A DNA stretch of 62,607 nucleotides, filler included, from Polymyxa betae A26-41 (Eukaryota; Protista; Endomyxa: Phytomyxea): assembly GCA_003693705.1 (NCBI GenBank). It is 7 parts of 7 records of this genome, joined end to end, with 100 filler letters (N's around TTAATTAATTAA, not from the genome) between each part and the next. Parts side by side here need not be neighbours in the genome. Positions count along the whole stretch, not along the records: positions 10,803 to 20,929 come from RBZT01000573.1; positions 21,030 to 31,023 come from RBZT01000199.1; 5 more parts are not named here. The stretch is one strand, 5' to 3'. Positions within the stretch are counted from its first letter, which is position 1, and each line of letters opens with the position of its first letter. The notes under the pieces were generated by a model that saw only the letters and a list, made by a program, of their open reading frames with translations, had not been told where the DNA came from and ran no database searches. A program made the translations under genes and the position numbers. Below, piece by piece: positions 12,848-25,273 of the stretch.

Positions 12848-15800
12848 TATAGGGTTTAGGGCTTAGGGTGATTTGATCGCTATTAGATCCGAGGAAATCA
12901 TCTTGCTGTAAGAACAGCGATGTTGGAAGACAATTTGAGCCCTGAATTGTGAAAATCGGAGGGCGGCATACGAGAATCGAGCAAATGGGAAGCTCAGGAA
13001 TCGCGCGAAATGCAGCTTGGTGGGAAAGTCGCTTCACGATCTGCAACTGGGTCGTGCTGGCCCACATAGGTAACACTGGGTTTTTACCAGAAATCAGCCA
13101 TTAATTTCATCAGCAGCCATTAATTTCATCAGTGAAATTCCTCTTGAAAACACGTCGCTTTTAGCCAATGATCATCTCAAGGATGGATTAGGGTTAAACC
13201 CTAACCTTGAAATCGGCAACGGCATCGGGAAAGTATTCAGGTCGTAGGAGTATTTTTCCAATCTTTATCCAAGCGACGCCGGTTTCACGACCGTGTTGGA
13301 TGCTTCTACCAGCGACAACAGACGAGGCCGTCGCCTCCGATAAATGGACGCCGCTCGGCAACGCATCTAACGATCATATTGTGATCTGGTGGCGAGAAGT
13401 CGAAATGTTTAATCGGCGATCTCCTGATACGATTAGTTCGTTCCTTAGTTAATCTGAGCTCAAAACGAATGCTGCCAATCTTTATGATTATGGATCTTCT
13501 ATGGCTAGTTTTACTTCCAAACATACAAAACCATCGAGAGAACGTACTGGACCTCGAAAGTTGCAGCATTTCATGCGATTTCTTGCATGAAGGATGACTC
13601 CGAGAGACGAGAATAGCTGATACCGGGCCTGTCTGGAGCGACATCCGAAAATCGATTCTGATTGCTCAATTGGACGTTCAAAAATCACTTTCAAAAAGTC
13701 GTCTGAAGATCATTAGCAGTTTTGATGAACTTGACCATTGATAAGCTTGCCTACAGAGGGCATTTCTTGCTCCAAACTGACCATAAAAAATTTGGAATGA
13801 CGTTTGAGTAGCTCGTTGTTTGTAGGCAATGGTAATCCGAAGACTTTCTATCTTGACGGCCACGATTGGCATTACGTGTTGAGCTTCATCTCTTGGCCGA
13901 CATTAGGGAGCCATCGCCATCACACAGATTTGTGTTTAGCAGAGCGCCTGACGATTAGAAAACAATTAATACGATATCCGATTTTCAGTATAACAGCTTT
14001 CTTCAAAAGCACTAACGACATCTCTGCTGTGAAATTGACAATTGCCGCTCTGAAGCAATAATTGACATCTGGCGATGCCTTAATCGGACCAACAGAAGCA
14101 AACCGATTCCACATCCTGAATATCGCAAATCCGAGACGTCTCCCAAGACAGCTCGGCCCTATCTATAAAATGTGATCTTCAACAGGCTCTAAGGCTCTCA
14201 CCTCCTGCTTCACAAAGCCCATCGCCAATACAACGCGGCTCGCTAGACAATACCCCGCAGTCGTGCTGGCCCAGAACCCTCGCAATGCATCGGCGTATTG
14301 ATTCTAGCTGCGCATCAGACGAGGGACAATTGCTTCGAAGAGACGCCGATAGCCTCGATCTGGAAGCCAAAGCTACAGAGCGACAATGCCAATTCGGCAA
14401 TCGTCATGTTGGATACAATTTGCACATTGGTCACCTCCTACATTTAATCAGAGCATCGTGGGAAGAGACGCGAATGTTGAGAATTTAGATGGCCATTGGA
14501 TGACTCTCGTCTACCATGAAATAATAGAATCTCAGCTGTTATGATATGAAGCGAGAACACATCTAAACAGCGGAAGCCAATCATAATACAACGCCCGCCA
14601 TCACATCGTAATCCAGAATAATCAGAGGAGAAACAAGAAAACAATAATGAGATTCTGTTTAAAATCTCGTTTAATTGCAGATTTGTTCCAAAGACAGATC
14701 GTTTGCTGGCCGCGACATCAGCCCTATTTGAGCGAGGATTTGCGATCGGATAGATTTGGGCTCTGACCGACGCCGCCAATTTGTCTCATCATGGCCCAAC
14801 CATGCTCTCTGGGCTGCGATCGGCGATAATGCAGTCGTACCGGTCCCGGAACCGCTGGATTCAGGGGTGAGAGTCTCTATCTTGCTCGGATTGCTTGTTA
14901 GAGCAGATGATTACAAGAACAGGTTCTATCGCTTATCAACATCTTCCATAGATTTGCTCACAAACCGAATTCTCATCAGTTGCGAACAAATTCGATTTCA
15001 ATGAGATTTTCTATCAACAGGTAGAGGCAAGATGGAAAGATTGTCGCAGACGAGCGTCTTGCTGTCTGCCTCATAGTTGGAAGGCTTCTGAGAGTTTCGA
15101 AGGCGATTTGGTCAACAAGCAAGCTCGATCAAAGAGGAATGCCTTGGAATAGCTTCAAGCGAACCGATTACCACAGATTCTAGAATGTTACAACCACATG
15201 AAAACAAAATGCTGGATTGCAAAATGAGAAAGAATGAAATATGTAGAAACCAAGGCCATAGAAAAAAGTCATGTTGAGCTGCATATACAAAACTGTCGAC
15301 TAAATCATATCATTTGCAAGCGAATTGAATATCACATTCTACAATTTATATAAGCCAAAAAAAAGCAAGCAAACTTTAGAATTGCAAAACATTAGCGCCT
15401 TCAAGAGTATTGAGAAGGCCCAGGGAGCCCAGTCAAGAATCGTATTGAGCTGCCTAGACGTTTGAAGAGTCCATTCATAATAAAGAGGGAGATGGATTCG
15501 GAAAGGTGGAGAGAGAAAGAGACTATCAGAGCGTCGACCCGACCCGAGATCTGCAAGAGCCAGCATCGGCCAGGATCTCCCAAGGACGCGATTGGGGTCA
15601 CCAAGCAGCCTGGGCTGACGACGATGGCAGGGCTCGAACGATCTCATCCCAAAACAAATGGATTCAGTTCGATCTTTATAGTGAAAGTTTGCTAGCTAGG
15701 TTTACCACGATTTCTATAGTAAAGTTTCGTTAGTGAGTCGTTTTCTAGCTGGCAGAAATCTTGTAATGATGCCAACATTTTAAATAGATTTTCATGAAAG

Positions 15801-15952
15801 CGTGTCTCTATAAGCTTTTGAAATTAGCAAAATCAGAAAGCAATGCTACATTTTGCTTTTAAAAGAGAAAGGCACATGCAGATGATGCAACAACTGCGAA
15901 AGATTGATAGAGAATTGACGATTTATTGAAAGACAGCCTATATATTGAAGAT

Positions 15953-16913
15953 TTAGCTCCAGGTGGCGACAGTTGGCTCAGCCGCCCAGTCCTGCGTCTC
16001 AGGGACGCTGACGCCCCAGCCAGCGGCGATATCTTCAACCGGTTCCACAGGTTCAGCAGCCCACTCGCCAGTAGGGACGGGTTCAGGAATCTCTTCGCCG
16101 ATAACAGCCTTCTCAGCTTCCTTCTCGGCTTCTTCAGGCTCACGGTAGATGAACAGATCGGGCATAACATCCCACTCTTGCTTGCGAGCCAACACGCCGC
16201 GCAGCCGAAGAACTTCACGGGCCAGGAGCCAGTACAGGACGGCAACAGAGTTCTTGCTCTTGTTGTTGGCCGGGATGGCGATGTCGACGTTCTGCAGAGG
16301 CGAGTCGGTGTCGCAGAAGGCGATGACAGGGATGTTGACGTAGGCGGCCTCAGAGATGGGCTGGTGGTCAGCACGCGGGTCGGTGACGATCAGCAGGCGC
16401 GGCTCCATGAACATCTTCTGGATCTGGTTGGTGAAGGTACCAGGGTTCCAGCGGCTGGCGACATAGCGAGTCTGGGAGTACTGAGAGAACTTGTAGACGG
16501 CTCGCTGTCCATAAACGCCTAAGCGACGAAATTAAAATATGAAACTTTAAAGAGAGGCGGCGCGGGCTCCCTCTGAGTCGAGCGGCGCAGCCTCCTTCTC
16601 TCATGTTACAATCTTACTGTTGGAGATGACACAGACGTCGTCAGGGTTCTCGATTGTGACAATGGCTCGGGCGGCGAGCATCAACTTCTCCCAGGTCTTC
16701 TGAAGGTTGATGATCTGAACGCCGGTCGTGGCCGAGCGCTTGTAAACGTATTCTGGGGTGGGTTCAGAGAGGCAGAAACGAGCTCGTGGCCGCCGCCTTA
16801 CCGGCCATGTTAGGGTCCAGATTACGGGAGCCGAGGTGAACCTCGGCGGCCAGCATCATCTTGAGGTCCTCCTCGGTCATTGCGAGGGGCGTCTTCATGA
16901 CCTTACCCACCAT
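15953..16913 (-). CDS. RPSA: 40S ribosomal protein SA / uS2 (introns 16753-16801 and 16519-16617)
   Basis: [105 protein letters not shown]-rich codon bias. Confidence 0.97.
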
Positions 16914-19719
16914 CGTGACAGAGACGAGAAGCGATGACGAGAAGCGATTGTATGAACGGATTCGGTCCAAGGTCGGACTCCGCCACGGACTTTTGGCTAT
17001 ATCGCTCCCGCGCTAAACTTTGAAAAAATCCGATGAAAATATTGGAGATTTTTGCTTTTTTTTCGAGTTTCTTTCGAGTCGCACATTTTTTGGTCTCTTT
17101 GATTGGGTGTTATATTGACCTCTTTAGGAAGCACAGCGGCCCCAGGCGATATCTTCTCTAATCTCACTACACTATTGGATTCGTGCCGACGCCTTTGAAT
17201 GCCTCCGAATTGCAAGCGGACTGTGTTTTCGAATTCGGCTTCTTTGTATCCGATTTTTAGAATGTTTAGTTACCCAAAGTTTCCTTGGAAATATTGTCAT
17301 CGTAGTGACTAGTGGATAAAATCAGTATAACTCTGTGCTGTTATCTAGACGCTATAGAATGGAGGTCCTATAATGTGAAATTGCAGGAATTGTTAGAAAT
17401 TGTTTATTCTGGTGCTTGCCTTTGACACCAAGTCTAATGTTAGTCGACCGCCGCATGGACAGTAAACTCAAGCGCTTTTATTGGCCATACTGTTCCTGGC
17501 TGCATTGTTAGATTTCGATTTTTTTACTAGTAAACTTCTCCTTGGAATCGCTTCTCTGGGAATCATCGTCTCTTTCTGGGATTGGCTAGTTGAATAAGTC
17601 AGCTCAATTGGGAGGGTCTCGCTAGATTCGAATCATTCGGTTTTGGAATCATAGAATATGATCAACCTATTTACCAATCAGCATGCTACCACAATTGCGA
17701 GATTCGAATGTTCTCATCGCCGCAATGAATGTCATAGCAAATTATGCCTCGATCCTATTTCATACGAATCGTCAGTATACGAATCGTCAGTTTGAGCCAT
17801 GCAAAGATAGAGCCTGTTTGCTAAATCTCGACAAGAGCGAAAAAAAAATGGAGAATGGGGTAGTCGAAACCCCGACCTCGTCGTTGCTAACGACGCGTGA
17901 TGACCAACTACACCAATTCCCCAATCGCTGATTCGTTTACAGATGCGCACATTCATCAGGCTTGCAACAGCGTTTACACTAACAATAAGGAAGTATTGCC
18001 TTTTATATTACACTAATTCTTCAAGATCATTCCAATTCAAAACCCTATTCATTTAGAGTCCCATTCGCCTCTATTTATTTTATTAAGTGATGATTCGCTG
18101 CAAGACAAGCTGGCATTTTCGACAGAAATTCAGTGAAGCCAAGGAGCATGAGCTGATTCCAACTGAAACAGCCAAGCCAGAGCCGTAGTTGAAAAACTTG
18201 TAAAGTTTCGACTTAGGGAATGGTAGAGCCGACGGCCCAGCCCATTATGTTTCCAAGGTATGGCTTACAAGAGGTCAAGGCGGCGATCGTGTGAAGACAA
18301 CCGCTACAATGACGATCACAACGATGACGATCATTCAAATAAATATTCGATCAGAAGGTGGCCTCAGAAGAAGTCGGCGATCAGAGATGGCGAGTGATTG
18401 GTGACCGAGAAGGCGGCCCCCGGCTGAACTCTCCACCAAGGCATACGCCATTGAAATGCCCAAGATGGCAATTCCCCAATACATTATTCAAACAAACTCT
18501 CGACGTCAATAGCGAAATGGAGTAGTAGAATATGATTAAGGTTGACTCAGGTAAATTCAACAAAGTCGCAGCTCTTTGCTTGTTGCGAATTTATTAGCAA
18601 AACATCTTCATGCCATCCTGTATCTTGGAGGGAATTTTTCTATGACAGACCCTGAACAATCGAAGTTTCCAACTCATGCGAAGGCATGAGACCAACCAAA
18701 GGGATTTTCGGTGGTGATTTGGAGCAGCATAGCACATCCACGACCATTTGTCCTGAGTTATTGCGAATGATAAAAGAGACCGTTCACAGATAGGTTCGAA
18801 TTGGGATCGAATCAAATCGAATCCAGCTGACTTCTTTAATGCAGTGTTTTCGACCATCTGAAGGTATAAAGTCAACCGGTTTCCACTAAGATTTCCTGGA
18901 TAGAAAATCTGTGAGTCATCATCAAGTGAATAACACGCAGAGCATTATCTCAAGAGAGCTTCAGAGGATCTTGAGCATCGACGAGAACGTTGACTTGTTC
19001 AGCAGTTATTGCCAGAATGTCACAATTCAGAAAACAGCCCTCCTGTTCAAGCATGGAAGTACGACACATTTCCTGGCGATCAATAGCTCATCATGAACGG
19101 CGCTCGATCCTCATTGTTCAGGCACTGTGAAGGTGTCAGCTTAAAGAAGAACTGATTATCATGAATGTGATGATTGCAGGAAGCGGCCTCCGATACCGCC
19201 TTTGAACACAGGCGTCACGCTCATAACAGTGAGCAGCTTTGAATCGAGTCGATTCTCCAATATTATATAATATACGAAAACTCACATTCCTATAACTTGG
19301 ACCTCAATAATATGTCGCTGAGATCACTGTATTAGGCGTCATGAAGGACAGCGTTAACAGCTTCGCTAACCTGATTGATCAAATAGCGCTCAGCAAAAGC
19401 AGTTCCAAACGAGATGAGACAAGAAATAATCGCTGTCATTTTTTATCAGTGGGTTAAAAGTGTTAATGGCATCCAGAAATAATGAGGCAGTGGATAATAT
19501 GCGCGAGATCTTATCTCTCAAACTCTGCAAAATTGAGAGAACTGCGAACGCACTTTGTTTCTTGACTGCGATGTTTCTTGTGAAAAGTAAAACTGCGAAG
19601 CAGTTTGTTTAAAGTGCGTGACTGCATTTAACATTTTTGCGGACGCAGTAGTTACGAATTGCGTTTTTCCCCAGACAACAACTGACAAAATATCTCCCAA
19701 CGCACGAAGAGATTATTTA

Positions 19720-20929
19720 AATGCGATTGCCCTTTCTTCGTACGATTCGATGATGGCCAGTCACAATATGCTGGAAATGGATTTCGGCGTTAATGTGTGA
19801 AAGTGAAATTAAGGAGGAAAGCGAGTGTTGGCCTGTTATCGGATCTAAGCAGCGCTATTGGCTCCGATGTGATATCTGCAACATTTCCAATGTGATAGCA
19901 CGCCATCGAGCATTCTGGGCTGGTTTCAACATAAACGGGCGCCCAGCTCCTACTAAGGGCAAGCTCAGGCTTTACGACAACCAAAGCCCAAACCCTAAAA
20001 CCCTAGGTTCTGCATTGGGAGAGGTGCAACCTCACAAAAAGGAAGAAGAGGATTCCGATTGCCCTTTCGTCGTACGATTCCGACGGAGTGATGGCCAGGC
20101 ACGATATGTTGGAAATGGATTTCGGCCGTATTGTCTGAATGTGAAAAAAATAATTAAGGTGGAAAGCGAGGGTTGGCCAGTTTTCGGAACTAAGCAAGGC
20201 TATGGGTTCTATCTGCAACATTTCCAATGTAATAGCACGTTATCGAGCATTCTACCCACATAAACGGGCGCATCTCCGACAAAGGTCAAGCTCAGGCTTT
20301 TCCAAATTCCGAGAGACGCTATTGTTCAACGACTATCTGATCCGAACTACCTAATCAGTTTGCACCGGCTTTCGATGGATGGACTGAAAACCCGGTTCAT
20401 GATTTGGCCGTTTTTGCGATTCTTCCAGACAGCCACAGCAGAAGAAGCTTTTGAATATGGAGCTCCTTACAGGAGTAATTTCATTGACAGGAATTCTTTC
20501 GGAAGGAATAAAGTATTCTAGGGAATTATTCTGACTGTGAATTTATGATTCGGACTCCCTGTTAAAGTATCATTGGATACCATGAATATCAAAGATTCGC
20601 TCGTGAGAGCTTCCGCTTCATGGACGCCTATCGAGAGAAGAACGGGCATTATCTTTCTACCAAACTGATTGAGAATTCTGTGAGAAATACAGCGGAAACA
20701 CACTAATTCCGTCATCGATTATGGCAGAATTCTATAAATCTGAAAGTCATGCATGAAAAACTTTACGGACTTTTTGGCTGGAGAATGGGATTTTTTGAGA
20801 ATTTCTCGAGTCTTGATGGCCGCAACGGACTACGGTAAATACATCATTTTGCGAGGCCGCGCCATATCGTTCGCAAATCCGACTCGAGCGTTGATTTCGT
20901 CTTTCATCATGCTGCATCTACTAGAGATA
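19720..20929 (+). repeat. Second member of the 10.8-12.8 kb family, inverted, with an internal tandem duplication (about 19720-19975 and 20055-20300)
   Basis: Shared peptide WA.F.ING.PAPTKGKLRL(FQIPRDAIVQR). The terminal ~190 bp is a near-identical reverse complement of 10803-10985. Confidence 0.8.
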
Positions 20930-21029
20930 NNNNNNNNNNNNNNNNNNNNNNNNNNNNNNNNNNNNNNNNNNNNTTAATTAATTAANNNNNNNNNNNNNNN
21001 NNNNNNNNNNNNNNNNNNNNNNNNNNNNN
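20930..21029. other. Artificial contig spacer
   Basis: 44 N + TTAATTAATTAA + 44 N. Confidence 0.98.
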
Positions 21030-21699
21030 TAGAATATCCGTGAAGATACGGATTTTATATGATTAGACGGAAAGACCCTGTGCACCTTTACTAGATTTTT
21101 ATATTGTTACAAAAATTAAACTGTGTAGAATAGGTGGGAGCTTAGGATTAAAAAAGAAGCGCTCTTGAAATACCACCCTTTTTAATATTTTGAACTCATT
21201 TAATCCCTTTGGCCAGTGCGCGCAGCCTTCAGCGCGGCCTTCACAAATTGCGGGACCGAAATTTCTCGACCCGCTACTTGCAGTCAGATTTCTTGTAGTC
21301 GCGCTATTTTTTGGCGCAATCTTTCTACTTGAACCAGCCTCTGAGCATTTCCGAATTCTCATTGAAATCTAAAACTTTTGCCCAGACCTTCAGCTGAAGT
21401 TTGGTAATAAGCGAGCAAAAGAACAAGCCAAGAAAGATGTTGAGGAAACGGCACCGGAAACATCAGCTGAAGATGACTGAAAGTTTCCTGAAACCCCTCT
21501 TGGCGTAATGGTGACCTTAGTGTACGATGTCATTGAACAGCAGCAGGCTGTGGAGTCAGTCAAGTTTGATATCATAACTCCAACTTGATCGAAACTTTGC
21601 AAGATTGTGATCCGGTTATTGGAGAATGAACTTGCAAATGGAAAACGTAAGCAATAATCAATTTGTCTAGAATTATTGATAAACCATTTCTGACTGGGA

Positions 21700-24600
21700 T
21701 ATTGTGTGCTGGATCGTCAGCGTACTCAGTTTAGTGCATCAGTTGAAAGGCACCGCTTGGTATTCTAATGCCACCCAAAAAACGAAACAAAATTGGTGAC
21801 GGTGATCATGAACGCTGTTGGTGCCGTTCACATCAATGTAAGGCAAGATTAGATATCGTACAGCAGCCCGAAAACATGAAATCGATGATCTTTGGATGAA
21901 AGATCAGCACATCGATGAAATCGTAGTGCCAGAAGGTACAAATGAAAGCAGACTCCATCGCGAATGTAAAATTTAGTTCTGCTTCACTTAGTTGATATCG
22001 TAAATGACGACATCATCGAGACCCAGAATGCAGCTTCAAACCCATATGGAGAACGCAATGACCACACAAATTACATTTTAAATGACGACATAATTGATAT
22101 CGACAACTCTTCCTTAAAAACAAACGAAAGATGGCATTGCGGCATGAGTTTAATAAAAGTAAGATATCCTTCAGATTAATGATTTCCAACTGATTAAATG
22201 TACCATTACTGTCATTAGATTATGACAATTCTGTTCACTCTGAAATGTCTTTTGTCTGGTTATCCTGAAGTTAACGATATTGATGATATTTCGGTGGACA
22301 ACTGGTCAGATGGCAGCTCTCAACATTCAACAGCTCAGAATGATCTGCTCGTACAAGCGTGTGAACGACATATCGATCCCCTAAAAGATCTAGAGTTCAA
22401 ATTTGACTGGGTCATTGCCAAGACAATGAACAGCACAAGAGCGATGCTGCAAGCGTTACCTCACATCCACATCAACCAACTTGGTGAATTAGGGATCAAC
22501 AGCAGGGTACATTGGGAGAAGATTAGGATCAAGTCAATGCAATTTGCCGACTTACGATTACGAACAAGCGTGGACAGCAAAGGATTTGACTAATTTGTTA
22601 ACTTATTTCTGCAGGAGATGTCTACCAAGCCTGATACTTCTACTGGAGAACCTGTGCCGCTATATCAAACGTTTCCCTCCAATTGGAAAGAAGCCAAACG
22701 CTCTGTGTTAAGGGACGTTTTTCTGGCTCCTGAACCAATGAAATTGGAGTCTTCCTCAAATCCCTTGCTTTATGTTCTCAATCTGGAGAAAGCTGACCAA
22801 TGTCCTCATTGCTTGAGTACAAGAGCCAGCTCCAAATTCTTCTTATACTGGCCACTTTCGTACGATATTCAAGTAAGGTTTACTAGGGTTAAGCCGCTAT
22901 GCTCATATACATATAGATGAGGTTTGCTCTTCCTGCAATAGCGAATTTGTTTTGGGAAGGCTATACAGAAGTATGCTATCACGTCAAAAAAAATTGTTGA
23001 AAGCTGAAACAAGAAGAGGTAATGACTGATTGGATGCATGGAAACCTCTTTTATGATACTTATCTGCCATTCCATTTGGCTGAAATCGACAGCATGAACT
23101 TATCTTCTCCAGGTACCGGTTGTCAAAGTTCGTTCCATTTCAAAACATTGAATTCATCTTATAGATATTGAGCCCATTATAATCGCTTTGTCTCACAGCA
23201 ATGATGGAGCTAGAATTCATAATTCGTCAGCGATATCAGTATGGCCACGTTTGTCTTCGTACATGACGCTGCCTCCGACATCAAGATGCAAACCTTCATC
23301 TGTTTTAATGACTTCCTGCTCATATTTTTCCAGCCAAACGTTCTTTCAGTTGATTGCTCACGAACTGAGCTTCTTGATGAAATATAATTTGTGCTCAGAT
23401 AAAGTCGAAGCTCATAGCATGGCAGACCTTCCAGCTTGGGCCAAAGCTGTAAGAAAAGCCGGGTCCTCGAGCAAGATTGGTGCATGTATTTGCAAGATGG
23501 AAGGTGTCAGATGTTTCAGGCGTAATTGCCGACTCGGTTCTTACAGATTTCTGCCCACAAACCATCCTCTACGCAAGTCGATCAGCTTTCCAAATATAAT
23601 GGGAATTGGCTCGAAGTCTAAAGCCCCGACGGTCTGTAGCAAAAGAGAAATTCACATCTCAGGTATTACTGTGATACGTTGCTGTACATACTATAACATG
23701 ACGATAGGAGTCGAAGCTGAAAGCTATGAGGCAAAAAACAAGAAGAGAGGCTGCAGGAATATACGGCCAATCCCGACGTCGACCTTGCAACTTGCAAACC
23801 TTATGACAGGACAAAAGGCCCGAATCATCCATATAAGCGAACAGGATATTATGGACTTGATGCTTTATCAAAATCTGGAAAGTGGATGGGGCGCCAGTCG
23901 CCATGTTAAAACTGATTTTATGCATCATCTGGGCGTCAGTTGGCTCTGATTGCTTGTAAGCATTGATAATTATGTATTTTTCCATTGTCAGAATATGGCG
24001 AGAACGCTCATAGAGGCCCTGGGTTGTGAGGCTGGAGGTTCTGGACTGGTATTTGATAATGGCGCTCGGGATGCAGAACAGAAGTTGAACCGGCGGCCAC
24101 AAGTGTGGGACGATTTAGCACCACAGCCTTGGGCGCTCAAAAGAGGCAGTCGTGCGGAAATCTTAAGACGGTTGCAGTGTGTAAGGATTCCTGAGAGTAA
24201 GAACGCCTGCCTCGAATTCTGATTCCGAGCTTATCCTTTACTCAGAGTCGCCAGAATTATTCCACCCTTACGTTTCGTCGACAGTTCTGGTTAAAAATTC
24301 AGAATGGCATATGATGCTACACGGTTTATTCAAATTCTTGACCAGGGGACAATTCGCAACTCTGTGGCAGCACAACTCCAAGCGACTCTTTATCAATTCT
24401 TCGACAGGTTATCAGAATGTTTTTGCTTGATCATCAAGCGGTCGCAACTCCCCAAGATGCAGGTTCGATTGACAGAGGCGTTGGCCAAGTTGGAAGAGGT
24501 ATCTATCTCTCCACGCGAGTGTTCGTCTCTAATTTCTGCCTCCATAGCAAATTCCAAGCATGCTCTTAACCCTTTCAGTCCATTTCTCCTTACATTTAGT

Positions 24601-25200
24601 GTCGCACATACTGGAAGATCTTGGCCCATTAACAGGAACGTCTTGAACTTTCTAGTCGGAAACGTTCATGAGACCGGCCAAGTCTATGAACCATGCAACC
24701 CGGGGACAATCCGTCAACATTATGAGAAACCACACAGAGCAAGTGACAGTATCTTGTTTCAGGTAACTCATTCAAAAATTGATAATGCTTAATCACATCT
24801 CATGCCGTCTTGCCTTGCAGGTATGAATACCACTCTCGATTCTATCAGAGCTCAACCAGACTCTGGACATTTGGCGATACCGGCGATGGTGATGGCGACG
24901 ATTCATCAAATGATATCAAAAGTTTTCCAATTTTACTCAACACCGATGATTTACAGATTGGTTTGATCTTTTTGTAGCTGAGTCTTTTAGCAATTCAAGA
25001 CCTGATAGGTAAACTTCACGAAGACCTGTTCCATAAAGTCGAGCAGTACAGTCGTGCAGTTAGGACCTATAATGGAAGTCTTTAAACACCTTGGAGCCAT
25101 GAGAAGATACGTCAAAAACCTATCCAGTTTTGGCGTGAAAACATGGACGAGTTGATCCAGTTTATTGCAAGGTTGACGGTAAATAAGCTTGGTGATTTGG
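21700..25200 (+). mobile_element. CACTA/EnSpm(CMC)-like transposase pseudogene, intron-containing
   Basis: QCPHC..YWPL, ADLPAWAK..GAC.CK.EG, RFLPTNHPLR and DFMH motifs, broken by stops and frameshifts. Termini not identified. Confidence 0.6.
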
Positions 25201-25273
25201 AGTATTGGTCCTCTCAGACAATCTGCGGTGGATACTGACCGTTTCGAGCACTCCAGATATCAGTTTAGTCTTT

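Noticed and set aside
13200-15700. Many 60-110 aa ORFs (likewise 17200-19700, 35600-37780, 52450-54100, 55060-56880)
   Set aside because: No recognisable motifs or consistent frame. Probably decayed genes or noise; no call can be supported.
15926-16522. 198-aa plus-strand ORF (and 15859-16374 on the minus strand)
   Set aside because: Antisense or off-frame shadow of the codon-biased RPSA exon.
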